Source: Balanoglossus misakiensis (Eukaryota; Animalia; Hemichordata). From it: 64,000 bases of DNA. The notes under the pieces were generated by a model that did no database searches, was not told the origin of the DNA, and worked only from the letters and a program-made list of their open reading frames with translations. Location: positions 11,473,129 to 11,537,128 of the forward strand of contig CM082576.2 of assembly GCA_040954595.2 (NCBI GenBank), in the 5' to 3' direction. The translations under genes were made by a program, and so were the position numbers. Below, piece after piece: positions 13,043-28,300 of this stretch. How positions within the stretch are numbered: the stretch's first letter is position 1; each line of letters starts with the position of its first letter.

Positions 13043-16000
13043 TAATCCGCATCTCCTAAACCCTGGAACGTTCTCCGGATGTTTTACTTAAGTCACTAAA
13101 TATTTGATGAAGTTTTCCAGGTATACACGTATTATGTTTTCCCCCCCGTTTTATATAGTCGACCCGGAGTCATATAGAAGATTATCTCTTGTATTCTGCA
13201 CCAAAACCGTTTCTTTAATGTCATCTGCCCCGCATCCACGTTGTCGTCACGGCAAACTCAAAATCGAAATCCATTCATCGCCGCAGAAAACGCCCCCGAA
13301 ATCGATCCGTCAACTCTCTTTGGCATTTGTATTTCCCCGAAGACCGATTTTGTTCCCGCCAGAAAGTCTGCACCGTCTTGATATTAAAGCAAAGTCATAA
13401 AACACACCCCTAATACATAATATCCTGTTGTAATGAAAAAAACGGCGCGGTAAAAGTGAAAAACGGTTCTAATAATTCTGTAAATGCCATCAGAGTTTTA
13501 CCATACACCTTACACAGAAACACAACTGAATTTACGATAATTCTACGGGATTTTTTTGTAAACAACAACAACAACAACAAAAGTTTTAGAGGGAGGGTAT
13601 CTTCTGCAAGGAAGATCACAGCTTTGACCGTGACCTTCACGGCTAATTGGGTCATTATTCGGGCGTCTCCAGAATAAAACTAATCTTATTAGTATACGAC
13701 GGATAATCCAAGATGGCGACTCATTTCGCAAACGTCTGGAAATACAATGTCGTTTGTCTCCCCTAACGTTTTAAATGACTATCAATTTATATGTAAATTT
13801 GTTTCTGTTTGGGGGCATATTTCCGGGTCATCAGTCGTAGTTTTACACACAATATAACAGTTCGCTTGATCGTGATTCGCCAAATCTTCTGTCAAGTTCT
13901 GATGACGTTGGTCCAAGATTATCATCTCAGATCAGGCAATTGCCCTCTGCCTCGCAGAAGAAAGGAGCCTGTATGTTTATGCCGACTTTTATTCATATAA
14001 TATTGAGCACTCTTTCGCGTACCAGAGATAGTCAATTGATGGTTCATATCATGGTTAGGACGTGTCACAAGAAGTACTTCCTTCAGCGTTGACAATGGTA
14101 TATAGCCCATCACACACATGACGTATGACCGACAATGCCCATGCGCATATCGCACTGACATATAAGTGAATTGACGTATCTATAGATAAAAAGTCTGTTC
14201 CTAAAAGGGGGAGTTATTTGTTCCGTCGTCAATTTTACACATTGCCACCGGTTCATGATGAATCGCGATTGCCTGCGCAGTTAATTCCATATCAGCTCAC
14301 GGAAGACAAACGATGCATGACAAGAATGCTTGATTCCATGCAGCAGATATGACCCATGATCCCTTGCGATTCCCGCGCGGCCGCGGGGGGTCTCGTCTTT
14401 GTTCCATTCACCACCAACCCCTTTTCTGCACCTTTCTGCGCGGAGGAATGCTTCGAATTATTCACCCGGGAACAAATTTCGCCCCCCCCCCCCTTTTCGC
14501 GTTTATCAGTCCGACGTAATCCCATACAGTCCAACATCTGGAATTATTTTAATTCAAATGAAAATTTAAATCAGTTCACGCGCTCTTCGTGGCGAACGTA
14601 ATACATTAATCACACTACCTACAAAAGGCCTGCTTCATTAACCAGTGCCGTGGTTGTAAACTTTCCTAGCTAAATTTGTTGGCACGTGCATAGGCATATA
14701 GCACCATTACTCATGAAGCAGTTGTATTTACATGAAGACGTGAGACTATGAGATATCTTCTGATTTACTCTTTAAGTAATAAAATCAACCTTTTCTTTAC
14801 TTTACAAAGTACGCCTGATGTTTGCTCGTGTCATCTTAAATAAACTTCCTTGCGAAGCTTAGCGGGAAACTCGAAAGAACCTCTTCCGTAAATTAATGCT
14901 CTAGTTTGTATTCTGCGCATATAAAACCACATTTTTGCGCACCACTCGAGAATTGATGAGGGCTATAAACACGACGGCTTCAATTTGAGCATTAGCTACA
15001 GTTTTCACTATCGCGCCAGAACGAGAAATTGTCACCGTCCATATTTATTTTGCTGGGAGGGAGATAAGGACAACTTTATCGCTCTGCGATCTGTTTTATT
15101 TGCGTACTCTTTCCCCGATTTCATTTTAAGAGTTTGCTTCTAAGATTTATTGGAAGATCGGTGGCGATAGACTCCAAGGCCGGGCAAATTCTCATTACTT
15201 TCCCGAATGTTTTAATTTATCAACGATCGGTGAGCGAACGAACATCAATTTCCCGCGGGGACAATCACAGATAAGTTGCCCCGCCGAAGCTGGCTCGGCC
15301 AACTTGCTACGTGAATTCATGTGACCCATGAACCGGAGCCGCAAAACGCAGTTAAGTCGTAACACATGTTGGGGGTAAAAAGTGCATGTCAGGGCCGCAT
15401 TGCGGTGATCAATACAAAAAATGTTGATCAAAACAGTAAACAATTTCCGAAGCAAGGCCCTGTTTCCGACATGTTTACGAGGTTAGCAATGGACTCTACG
15501 ACTCGTTCTTCTAGACCCTCTGCAGAGTTTTCACGTCTGCGCAAAAATTCGGTGGTTCTTCCGGGAACCTCAAATAACCACCGTCAGGCCTGGCAACTCG
15601 TGCCTCTGAATACATTAATGTTATAAAATTATAGAACGACACATCTAATTCAACCGCATGAACGAGATGAATGAATGAAGAGGGAAAACGCAAACACGCT
15701 GGACACTCAATGAACATTGTGTGACAGAATAACGGAAAGATGTTAAGGCCTATATTTTCACTTGTTTCTCAGCATACATACAATTGCAACCCTTCACGAC
15801 GGATCGCTCGTGACGCGCAACTTCCCTCACACACACAACACACAATTGATTTCCACAAACGTAACGAGCTTTCGAGAATGTTTTTCTCTCAGAGCTTTAC
15901 TCAGACATTGTAAACGTTTTCACACACAGTGTATTTCACATGCGCGACTTCAGTACGGTTTATCACATGTTCGTATAAAAGCATGGTATTTTAAACAGAT

Positions 16001-19000
16001 ATGGGTATACTGTGAAACCGATTTTTTTTTATAGCTTATGTGGCATCTGGACTAAAAATATTGTGTGGTTTACTGAAACCTACATATCGCTCAACACGTC
16101 CATTTTCCTTTGATCAAGACATTTTCTGTCTAGAATGTCGCGTGTGGTCCATTGTTTCCCAACCACTGACCAAGATGCGAAAATCCATACACCTCCCCTT
16201 CTTTGAAAAGCTGTTTATCGCGGAAGTCTGTCTATGCATACGTTATCTATCAGAAGAACTGTCTATAGTAAGTGTATTTGCATATCGAAATCACTTTCAT
16301 TTCAATGGAAAATCTTCGCGACATCTGCAAGTTGAATGCTCTGCGTTTCTAAGCCAATTCTGTCAAGGGCAGACTCTCGTGCTACATCGCAGCCCCCCAT
16401 TTTACATTCACATCTTTCCATGAGCAGTTGTCAGTTGATCTGGCCTTTTAACTGAAAGACTTTTATGTTCTTTGTTGAAATGGCACACTCTGTTCAAAAG
16501 CGCTATCCCTTGGCAGTTCCATCGCCATAGTAACACTGTAAAACTCAGAAAAATCTGGGAGTAAAAACTTACCGTCTCCGCGGAACGCCGATGAAATAGC
16601 ACAATTCCTAGCAACGGTACACATAAAAGAAGCGATGGGATCCCGCAGGGCCTGGTGACTGCGCACGCGCAGTTCTGCTTGCTGCTCGGAGGCTTTACAC
16701 GAAATACTGATATGTATATGGATGCATGGTTTGTATCGTTTCGCATGCAAATGCAAATGCCACTTTGACGTTGGAATTAGCATCGTTTAACCGCCAAAGT
16801 CAACTTTAACCCTCGGATAACCGTCTGTTTATCTGCATCTCCGAGGAATAAACTTAACCGTGAAAATAGTTTGTGCACTATAAATCAAGTGGTCGTTGAA
16901 ATACAGATTCATGCAGAAGTGACAGGGCGGCCATTGCACGATACTTGATTTGGCGCGCATTTTTAATCGTTCGAACAACAGCCTTGCTCTCCCTACACAT
17001 CCTGTGACATTGATAACTGTTTTTGCGCAATTCGGTGATTTTGTCGCCACGCTATCACATTAATCACAAAAATCCCACCTAATAATATGAATTTGTCATT
17101 TGTGATTTAACCACGGCACCCCACCGCCGAGTGGCCCGTTAGCCACGGGGTAAAACGGCCAACGGCAAGTTACAAGCTCTTTACTCTCTCCAAGTCACGA
17201 CCCAGCGACAAACGTGCACAAGTAGTTCGCAGACGCGAAGAAAATTAATTAATGCTGGAGTCACATAAATTAACAGGACGCCCGTAGCCCTTCATACTGA
17301 TGAGATGTAAAGAATCGTCCAGTCACCTACATGTATATCATGCAAGATCGCCTGCCAGCATAAGGGATCTGTATTTTCCACGGGAACCGCGCGAGAAAGG
17401 CGCATTGATGTGTTAACCAAGCGCGGCTCATTCACAGTCACAGCTCCGCGGTGTTGCAGAATGTGATTCCGTCAGCGCCCTTCATTGTCTTGCCGCAAAT
17501 CTCCGAGATAATCGGCCAGTCTCGGCAACGAGGTTGACAATTTAGTGAGGGGGAAAATTGGAGTGGAGAACTCAGTTGACATTTCGGAGAACACACGGTT
17601 TTCAAAGAGTGGCCCGACAGGTCGCGGGACTCGTTAAAAAGCGCCGTTTTCAAGGAGTCTGATGAGATTGAGCGAAAAAAAGTGAGTCCTTTTTAGAACG
17701 TGGGGTTTTCCAAAGAGAAACCTCCGTTGAATGCACCGAGTGAATGGGACAGATCATGCGTGATCGTGCACCTAGTTGGGACTGCCATAGTGTGTAGATT
17801 TCGCCAATTACACAACAGTTTCTGACGTGCCCAGAAAAAAAAGCACCAGTCACGTTGGGTCTGCAGGAGGAGGCGTCTGAAAAGTTTTTTTTTACCGAGG
17901 TCGAGTGAAGGTTTTGTAGGGAGAAGGACATAAGTGCCAACATTAACATCAACAGCCTACAAATGACACCATTAAAGCCAGGTCCCCAAACCAGCTAAAA
18001 TCAACCAAATCGACATTCACGGTCTGCGACAGTCCTCTCCGCAGTGGACAAAAAATAAAGTTTTGCTTCGCCGAGCAAGCGAACGATAAACAGTTTTGAC
18101 ATCGCTAATTGTACACGCATTTAGCGCGAAATACTAACACCCCGTGTCGTTTCCCGTACGACTTCTGTCAAATAATCAAAACAGTCTTTGCAACATACAA
18201 CAGTACTTAACAACTACGGTAATTTCACGGGGCCTTGTATAATCGCCCTGTGTTGGAGGTTTAGGTGACAATCATCAACAGGGTCGACGACGCGGAATTG
18301 AGTGACACTTAATTTCCACCGACTGTGATAGCTGTGGAATATCGAGGCTTTGTTGAGACTTTGTTCGGGCCTTCGTTAGTTTCTCTGCGAATTTTCTTAT
18401 TTCTTCCCCCAGATTATTGCTGCTTCCTGTCACTGCGCGACACGGAACAGATATTCACTATGAATCACTGAACTGTCCTGGCGCAGCGATTTGACGAACA
18501 GAAACACCCGGAACAACATTTGCCGCCTTTAAAAGGATAAACACGCCAATTCACGGCCCGTCATTCAATATCACACTTTAATCTAGTTCACCCTCCCCTT
18601 ATTACGGTTCACCCATGACCCCTAGCAGAATTATCAGTCAATTGTGCGTTTTCTCTCTCTTCATTTTCCCAGCCTTCTGTTGTGTCGTCCCTTGTCGACT
18701 GACCGCCTACATTGACCGTTACACAGAAACAGACCTTAAATAAAGACTTCAATTGAATGTGCGAATCCTTCAGAAATTTCCAATTATGCAAATACCTTCC
18801 CATTCATACGCTATTGACAATTGGCAACCACTTTCACGTTGTTCGTATCCCATTACTATACTACTAATACAGCGTAACACTTTTTTCAAAAAAAAAAAAG
18901 ACTGCGTTTTTGAAGCCATCTCTAAACCGAGTCTGTGGATACGATCTCCCATATTCTCCAGGGAACATGTTTGCGAGTTAGGTTTTCCGTGCACATAGAG

Positions 19001-22000
19001 GAGTGAACAGATAAGAAATATCGCCAACCCACCCACGCGCACTGTGACAATCTCTACCCCGTGCGGTTTGCCGAGTGACCACGACAATGATGTTCGCACC
19101 GTGCCATCGTCGCTGGATCGGCGGCCTATGCCCATTAAGAATATCACTTGTCAGTCCACGCGTGCGCCGCTGAAAGCCCTGTCGCTGCGAAACTGTGAAA
19201 AATAGTTTTTTTTTATGCGCAATCAATCTCATATTGTGTACCGCTGCAGCCGCAACCTCGCGCGCGAGCACAAATTCTCGCCGGCGACATCTTCAGTCTG
19301 TATGATGTATGGAACTCTCGAGAGCTCTCTTCTCGTAATCTTCAAGATCACTTTCTATCGCCCCAATAATTACGTGGGTCTGTTGGTCTCGCGCTTATTT
19401 CAAGAAGAAACACGACTTTCGAAACCACTTGTTTTGCGCCGAATCGCCGGCAACCACCTTAGCCAACTTGGAGTGAAAGAAATTCTCTGACATCATCCAA
19501 TACTTTGAGCGTTTGTTCAGCGCACGCGCTTGAGACTTTTTAGCATTCACACAAAATCTCTCGACTGTGGAGACTCTCACGAGAGGAGAAAGCAAGCCTT
19601 ATTTGGGGGATGACGAAGCACGTTCGAAACGATTAGATGCTGCACCTCTTAAATTATTCTAAAAAAAAGACTCGCCTGATGGAAGCCCTCTGGTCCCATC
19701 TTTGATCTACCCGATGAACCGAGAGCATTTTCCCGCCAATTACAATCACGTAAGGGAGCCGTGATGAATTCAACTTTTTATTGCAAACATCAACGGGTCT
19801 TGTTATTTCACAGTGAAAAAAATGGGAAAATGTCGTGACTCCGAATATTTGCGACGTTTATCTATCTTAGTGATGGGTATATATGCTTCTTTTGCGCGGG
19901 GTTGACCGTATGGTGTATCGGTACCGTACGGCTTTGCCGTGTGTTTTGAGAATACTCTTCAAGAGAGTGTCTCGCATTGACATGCGAACGCTGCGCATTG
20001 ATTGTCACGGATTATTGCAACAGACGCACAGTCAGAAGTGGCGTAATGTGGGCGATAACACTTAAATGTTACGGCGTCTCCATAGTTACCACAAAGGGAT
20101 TGTTTTCTCGCAAATGTGTTCATGACACATCAGACGGTGCTTGATGCAACAAAAGCTGCAGCGTTTTTTTTATCGGATCTGATTGATCAGTGTTCGTCCG
20201 TATGCTGTGTTATCATTCCGTGGCAAACAACCGGCGCTCGTATATGAACTCAAAAAGCGACTCGCCTTTGGGTTGAAGTAACTAAACGCCACTGAGTATA
20301 TGCATGTGATGATTCTCTAAGTTTATGTTTTAATTGAACGAAGCATTTCATTGAAGCAATCTCGCCCCGTTTGCAGTCAGTTAACTCTCAAGCGAAGAAA
20401 AAAAGTGAGTCTGGCTTCTTTTTACGTCAAGACTTCTATTCTTTGTTGATTGGATTTCGGAACTCTCCCGTGCCTTCGTATTAGTGTCAGTGATAATTGA
20501 ATCTGCGTTACACCACGGGCACACCTTTTGAAAAAAGGAGCTAAATCACAAAAACCGCGTACTTCTAAAATGCTTTTAAGATGGCGCGGGATTATGGCAC
20601 AGTATTAAAAAAAGCATTCATTTGTGAATTAATAAACACACAACTGTGTATCTTAATGGACTTTATTAGGATTTAGGGGACAATCAAGTCGTCTACATTT
20701 CGTAATCGCTATGTACACGAGGATCACGTGATATGTTATACGAAGAATGTTTAATAACCTGGTTTTGTATCACATCGTGCGTATCCAGCGGTGCAAAATT
20801 TCCAACAGAAGTATGCGCCGTAAAATGCTTTAATGACAAACCTTAAAATGTATGACTGAGATTTTTTTTAATGTTTTGTTTGTATTGCTAAGGTGTTAAA
20901 TGACAATTCGGTCGTTGAGATGGGAAATTGCCACGCCGTAAAATTATTTTAAAGACTTAAATAAAAGCCGAGATGCAGTTTCATGAGTGCGTTTTTCTCG
21001 CTCAAAACTTTCGCCGGAAATCGGCACGCGTTTTAAAGGTTTCACCAAATGATTTGTCACGTGACCCTTGTATCACAAACGATCGCGAAAATTGGATTAG
21101 ATTCATTTGTCACGGTAGGTTACAAAGAAAAACGTTCAACTGGGGTTGCTCGCTCAATGATCTGACAGAATGCTTTGTCTGAACGTCCGATTCGAATATA
21201 AAAAAGATATCTCTGGGTGATTTGAGCATTCGTCAATGAAAATTTTACTTCCCTGTCCTTGCGTTTTCTTTATTGTCCTTTCAGCAGAGATGCAACCGGG
21301 CGGGGCGGAGGAAATTGGAAGGCGAAGTAGAATATTTCACAAACTCTTACAGGGGTCGACTTTTTACAATTGGAATCTGATAAATCACCATTTCTCGAGC
21401 TGTTCTCGCGACCTGAATACAATAATTACAGGCCATGGGTTGCTCAGTCAATTTAGAGGACCATCAATAATTACCAACCACGGCATGTTGGATGAATTAA
21501 AGGCAGGCCTGTCGCATACAAAGTGTAAGACCAACTGTCGCCCTTATATCGTTAAAACTGCCCTCTTTGGCACTTTTTTTTCAAAAATCAAATCAGTTCT
21601 GATCAGTGAAATCAGTTATGATATTTACATGTTTATTATAAAAATTCGACTTCGCTCATTACATTATCTCCCACGGAGCAAATCTGCGGGAGATTTGTAG
21701 ATTGGGCCGTGTCATACAAATGCACTTTCCTGTCCACGGCAGAGGCCGGCGTTTCTTTGATTGTTTCTTATATGTACGAAGACAATTTGCAAGCTATATG
21801 TAATCCGGCGTGGTCGCCAGCCAACCCGTTCTATTTCCACTTTTCATGGCCGTTACACACGTGACACGTCCGCCATGTTTCAGGACATTTTCTTACGTCA
21901 CACAAAATTGAATCTAAATGGGTTAATTGGAGCTACCGCTTACATGCTTGGCTTGTTTCTAAGGTCATTCAAGGACTGTGTACCAACGGGGTTCCTCGTT

Positions 22001-23331
22001 CGTCCTCATTTCACACGCACCGTGTACTAGGCTTCCATTTAATGACATCCGTTGGGGGGAGACTGCGCCGTCGACCAGACGACTGATGTCGTTCGGTATG
22101 AATACCAGTGAACGTCTCGAAGCAATCCACACTCATCCATCACATCAAAAGCAGGACAAGGTTAGCTTTCCAAACCAGTAAATTGTAAATTTGATTGGCC
22201 AAATTTTCCACAAATCCAATTCACATCCCGCGCGAACAAGGAAAGAAGCCAACAAAGTCGCTGAATGTGAAAAAAAACAGTGAATGAAATCATAATTCAT
22301 CTTATCAGCCGTCTGTTTCATACCAAAGTCGGCTGCATATGGAATATGTGTTCCAGCGTTCAGAGGTTTAAAGGGTAACGATCGTCTTATGCGCATGTGC
22401 CAAACCAGAGATCGAATCGTGCCCCGACTTTGTACACACGAAATTACACACATGCGCATAAGACGGTCGTCGGCCCTTAATATATCTTCCCAGATACCCA
22501 ATAGTAAAATGCAACCCCTTCGCAGGAGAAACGTGTATAATACACAGTAACATTTCCTCTGCTTCCAAAATGAACCTCCTTGCGGTCATCGTGGTCATTT
22601 GTAAATTTACATTAACGCATTACACAGGTCTGCATTTGTCATAAAACAATCTTAGGATTACGGATCGGAGAGGGTTGCACACTACGTCATATATACCTGA
22701 CATCGTATGTATAGGCACTTTAAAACTTCTGTAACACAAATTGTATCTTTATAAAACGACGTTATACTTGGTGTTCTCTATCCTGGTTACAAGAGCCGCC
22801 CGTTGTGTAGAACTACGTCACTCGCTGAATCAGAATGCGAAACATTTGGGGGCAAATCCGGTCGCTTTGGCATTTATCCTTGCTGGTCGGCCGTGCAAGC
22901 GATAACCCCTTGGGGGATTTCTGTGAGCAACTTCTCGTGGCGCACGATCTCGTCCACGTTCATATCAACGCGCTGTCGCCAACAGCGAAAAGCTATATGC
23001 CGTGATATGTCGGTTTTAGAAGTAGAATTAGGGTAATTCCCGATGGTTTCATTTTTTTAGAAGATACTTCTGCTAAGAAATGAAGCCATCGCTTTTGTTC
23101 TCGTTCGTTACCAAATCATAGGGGCGCCCTCTTTCTTCCTGTGCCTTTCATTGGTAATATATCACAGTGTCATGATGAGAACCCACTCCATTTTGTCTTG
23201 AACGGTTTTAATTAACGGCTTTATCTTCCCCCCCCCCCCCTTCCCCACTTCATATTCACGTACGTGCTATTAATCAAATGTTTCATAGAAAGGATTTTCA
23301 AATCTAATCCCGGGTCGATACTACATTGGTA

Positions 23332-23470
23332 ACCATCCATCCACCCATCCGTCTATCCTTCCACTAACCCATCTCATTCTATCTTGGTTATTCTCTCTAT
23401 CTTCCATTTTATTCGCCCAATTAATCAATCAATAAACCAATCAACCAACCACCCATCCATCCATCAATCC
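23332..23470. repeat. Degenerate (CCAT)/(CAAT)/(CAAC) tetranucleotide tract
   Basis: Short CCAT runs at both ends with CAAT/CAAC runs inside. Confidence 0.6.
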
Positions 23471-25272
23471 TACCCCTCCAGAACTGCATTTAACTGACTC
23501 AGAGTTAATTATTTTTTTTATAAAGCTACAAGACCGACCTGCTTCTTTAAATATCGCGTAATTTCAGCTGTAGTAACGCGGATATTCGCTGTTGTGGTTT
23601 GAAGTGTAAATTTGCCACCTTTGTGGTTGTGTTATTAGCTTACAAATCCTGTCGCCAGCGTAGTTTTTAAGTGAAACTCAATTAACTTAATGACACAAAT
23701 ATTGAAGAAACCCAGCAACGCCACCGGATAAAGTCGGACGGGTAAAGTACAGCTAAGATTTACAGTTCAGAAAAGTTTTGTTTATGGAATTTGTAGAAGG
23801 GGATGGTGATTACCTCCCCTCCCAGACTTGACGGCGGATTCAAGTGCGCTTTCACGCGACCAGAGTGAGTACAAGACACGCGATCTTTTCGCAAACAAAC
23901 AGGAGATTCTTTCAATTGGTCATCAGGAAACGTAACATAGACTCTACATCGCCATTAGTATCTCCAATCACTCACACGCACATTAATTGCTGGGCGAAAA
24001 TGTGACCAATTACGTCTCAGCTGACTGTAGTCAATCTTTGTGCTGTACTCAAGCGACTTGACGCTGAAAGGCGCCTTTCTATAGAAAGCTCAGTCAAATC
24101 GATTTCCTTTTTGATGTGTGCTGTGTGGGCATTGGAAGTGGCTCTATTGGAACAGGGAATAAATATGCCCCCACTAAATAAATCCTAACCTCTCTTTCAA
24201 GGTGTATGTATTGTGAATATTTAAAATGATCGACGTGTGTATTGTTACGTTTTTTTTCTTGCAGAATGTAGATTTCCATGCGGAGTTCAGCGATATGATA
24301 TGGTGAACACTGTGTTCACATTTCCCCCAGCCCCCCACCCCACACACACACACAACGTTGTGACATCATCGGTTCAGCAGACAGCTTAATTTATGCCTCG
24401 GGGAGCCGCGACAATGAGAGAAAAAGTGCGAGAAACTTGGATAACCGGCGGACATGCTGAAATTTCAATTTCGCTGCAATCAGAAAAGAAACCGTGTGTT
24501 CCGTTTCGTAAATGTCGTGATGGTTAGATGTGGTCACGTTGCGGGACCCCTGTTGCAAATACATCGATCTGGGGAAGCAAAGGTGTTTTTTTTAAAGTGG
24601 CAAGAATGCAAGGGGTCGCCGTGGCGCACTGTACCTAAACGACCAGTGGAAGACTCATGCAACCAACGCATGCGCATGTCACATCAGAGATACCTACCTT
24701 ACCAGCTGAGTGCGATGAACGTATATAGCTGCATTGCAAATAGTTACATTTTCAGTGAGCTATTTGGACTATATGTAATCATAAAACAGAGCGCTATTAA
24801 AAGGTACAGTTGCTGTTCCAACAGTAGTAACCCATTACGTCTCTTACAAGTGGCGTTTGTAAGTCTCAATTTATGTTTTGATCGAGTAGTGATCGTAAAT
24901 ATGTAGAACGAAAAAGCTTCCTTAATGATTCAGCTTCTTAAGGGTTAACTCAACTATTTTCTGTTGGGGAGGGGCGAATAGATTTTCCTAAAAGGTAAAC
25001 AACTCCAATCCCTACAACGTCGACGCAGAACACATTAAGATCCATTCTGAACATCGAATGGCCACCTGTCGCGCCGAGAATCACATGCATTATACATGTT
25101 AAAATTTTAAACATGATATTTTGTCGACATCCATTAAACCGAAGCGCCTTTACCTCTCAATTTATTGAGGAAATGGTCGCAATTCATGAACAATGACGGT
25201 CTGGCATCGAAAAAAGTTCAAGCCACACCACACTTATGGACTACAATCTTATATGCATATGCCCATATATGG

Positions 25273-25336
25273 TTAAAGGGGCGTGGTCACCCAGTGAAAA
25301 TCCTTGAAATTCGTACAGGTGACTGTATACCTTTTA
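25273..25336. mobile_element. Possible decayed Kolobok-like MITE remnant
   Basis: TTAAAGG....GTCACC ... GGTGACTGTATACCT|TTTA. Only partial inverted complementarity, and the right TSD is imperfect. Confidence 0.3.
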
Positions 25337-28300
25337 TAAAACTCTTTTCCCTTAGCGCGCTTTAAAGACACTGCGCGCGACGACGCGAGTTCCTCTGAAG
25401 GCGTACCTTGCGAACATCCTATCATTCGCTGAAATGCTGAGAGTGCAATCAAAAATAGAGCCGTAACAAAGAGAAAGTACACGCCGATTAAAACAGAACA
25501 CGGTCGCGCTGAATAGAACCATTAGACACGGCAATCTCACCACTCCCAGACGTCCGCTGCACAATTTGTTCTCAATCATGATGACACGACGCATCACTGG
25601 TATCACATACAAAACCCATTATGTCCTTGACGTCTGATTGGTCGAAGCAATGGAGCTATTTTGCCTGCAGTAGCAAACCGATTTCTTGTGGATATTAGAC
25701 TAATTTTTTTCCGTCTCACAAAAGGTAGTTGAACTTGAAGGTTTGGTCATAATAATCGAGGTCAGAACTGAGTAGGTTGTGCAGACACCAATATTACAGT
25801 GTCAAAAGAGGAGTCGCATATGTGCTCACACTCAATGTGTTTTACTCAAAATATGACTATAGCTCACATTTTCCAATATGACAACAAATTTGTCATCCCA
25901 AAAAACCCATTTGGTGTAATATTTGTCTGTCAGGAGAAAAACCTAAATTCCTCTCGTGGGTGACCTTATGAGACTTCTTTCATCTGTCTGCCTAAGTTTA
26001 AAAGACTGGCCACGAGTATTAAACCTCCCCTCCCAGTATAAAATTAATGGAGCGTCCCCAACACTGGGTCTTCGTGAGTCTGCACGCATACCTTGCTGTT
26101 AATTTTTTAAAAAGGGCTTTTAGTCTCACAAAATGTGAAGTGCATATGAAGCTTTACACACTCAGCTTTTTTTGTATTCGGGGAGACTTTGCACAAATTA
26201 AATACTTTGCGCAAGTGATACGACATACGACGAGTGATTCCTGTGTCTCGTCGCGCGGAGATCTGCACGCTCCCGTCGCTTGGTAATGAGTCATCGTCAC
26301 GCAGGGGTCTTCGCTTGTGGTTCGTCCGTGAACCGCGAGGGACAGCCTTGTGTTGGGACATTCCCTCGCTTGCTTTGTTACTGAGCACGACCCGTGTTCG
26401 TTTTTTCTCTCCTCCAATACATGCAATCGTAAACATATTTAATTCGCATTGTAGTGCACGTCAAAGAAAACTGACACTCCCCGTCCGTCACCGCATGCAC
26501 ACAAACTCTAAAACATTTTAAACGCAGTTGACAGCGGCCAGATGGATTTACCCAGCGGCGCATGTGCATAACGATCAGAAATGGCACATACCCCCTCGAT
26601 GAATTGAATCGATACACTAATAAACTAAATTAATCATTTTAAATTAATATTCTATGAGTTAGTACCGGCGGTACGGATCTGACATTTGGTTTGATTTAAC
26701 GGGTCGGATGAACTGCAAACATATAGTGTACGTCCATACGAGAAGCTCACACGAATCTGATTTGAGCGCCAGCTGTTTTCCGATTCCATTGAGTCATAGA
26801 ACAGTGATACGTCTGTAGACAAAGTGAGAGATGTGTACGCGTGCTGTTGTTGTGTGCGCATCTATAAAAATAGAAGGAAATGCTTAAGTGGCAGTATTTG
26901 TATATTTAATTGGAGTAAATCCGTGGTCTTTTTCATTCAACACGGCGCATTAGGGAATATGATAAAAATAGACACTAATATGAAATGCTTGATGACAAAG
27001 CCGCGAATGGCAAGTCTTGGGGAATGCTGACTTGCGCCGAAGTATCCTTTTGAAGCGCGTTTTGAATATCACATTTGTCATGTAAATGTTCCCCCAAAGA
27101 TGGCTTTCTGCCAAATTGTTCTTGGCAACGACGTGACTGTGCTGTGGGCACCGTTTCGACATCTGACCCATGCACCAAGGTTGACTGACCGCCTTGGTGG
27201 CACTTTTCATCCGGGAATGGATGCCAACACGACCGACCGACCGCCGCCCACAACGCGAGATGATGTTCGACCCCGGTTGCCGGGGTGACAGGGCGTGTTC
27301 TCCAGCTGCGCGGAGCCGAATGTGAAGGGAGGGTGATCAATTATGGATACAAAAAAGAAAAAAAAGGAAAGTCGATCGCGCTTATATGGAAATGTCACAT
27401 GAAATGAAATAAATATCTGACTAATAGCCTCCCTGAGAAGATCAGGAAGATGTAAGAATTGCATACAGTCGCATCTCATTCTATAATGACAAGGGCGGAT
27501 GTTCCTGAGCGAGAATCCGTGTCTTGCTATATAGTTGACAAGGACATATTTTGAGTAGTATATAAGTGTTGCCAGAAACCAACAATCGAGTTAATCCCAC
27601 CGTGGACGCACGTCCGTGATCCCAACTGAAGCTAATGTGACAGCGTGTGCGTGTTCAGGGACGGTTAATCGTCTTAAACCGCAAATCCCGAAAACTTGAC
27701 AAGCTAAGCCAATTACGCGACTCCCCCGACTTACTCAAAATGCGCAAGCTTTACTGTTCCCATTCATAACGTCGGTGAAGTTAGCATATCTCCGCCGTAA
27801 TCCCCCTCCTATGTCTAATTTGGCGAATTCTGAATAAAACATCGCTCTCTATGTACGTCAGGGAAACCCTCGGCATTGCTGTATCCGCGTGGAAGTCGCG
27901 ATTTACGCGTTTTAATGTAATACCCCGCGTAAAAAGCATGTGCCATTTTCATTGCTACGCTTTACATACATCCACTTCTTAATCCCGCTTTCGCTGCATC
28001 GGAAGGTCGGACTTCTGCTTGCGGAGAAACATTTTCCGCCCCGCGCAGACATATCACTTCAAGAAGCCTCGTCTCAAAATCCCATTATTATTGACTAGAG
28101 ACAAGCAAAACGCCATGTTTCACAACTGCACAATTTGGCTCTTGACAGAAACCCAGAATAGGTATCGCCAAGGACTATATGAAAGCGTCAATATACGTTC
28201 TCGTCGATTCAGATCGGAGTGATGAGGGTGCAACGTTGCCCCCGACACACGATCGAGTCGTTTTGTGAGTGCCACATTTTATGTACACATACCGCTAAAC

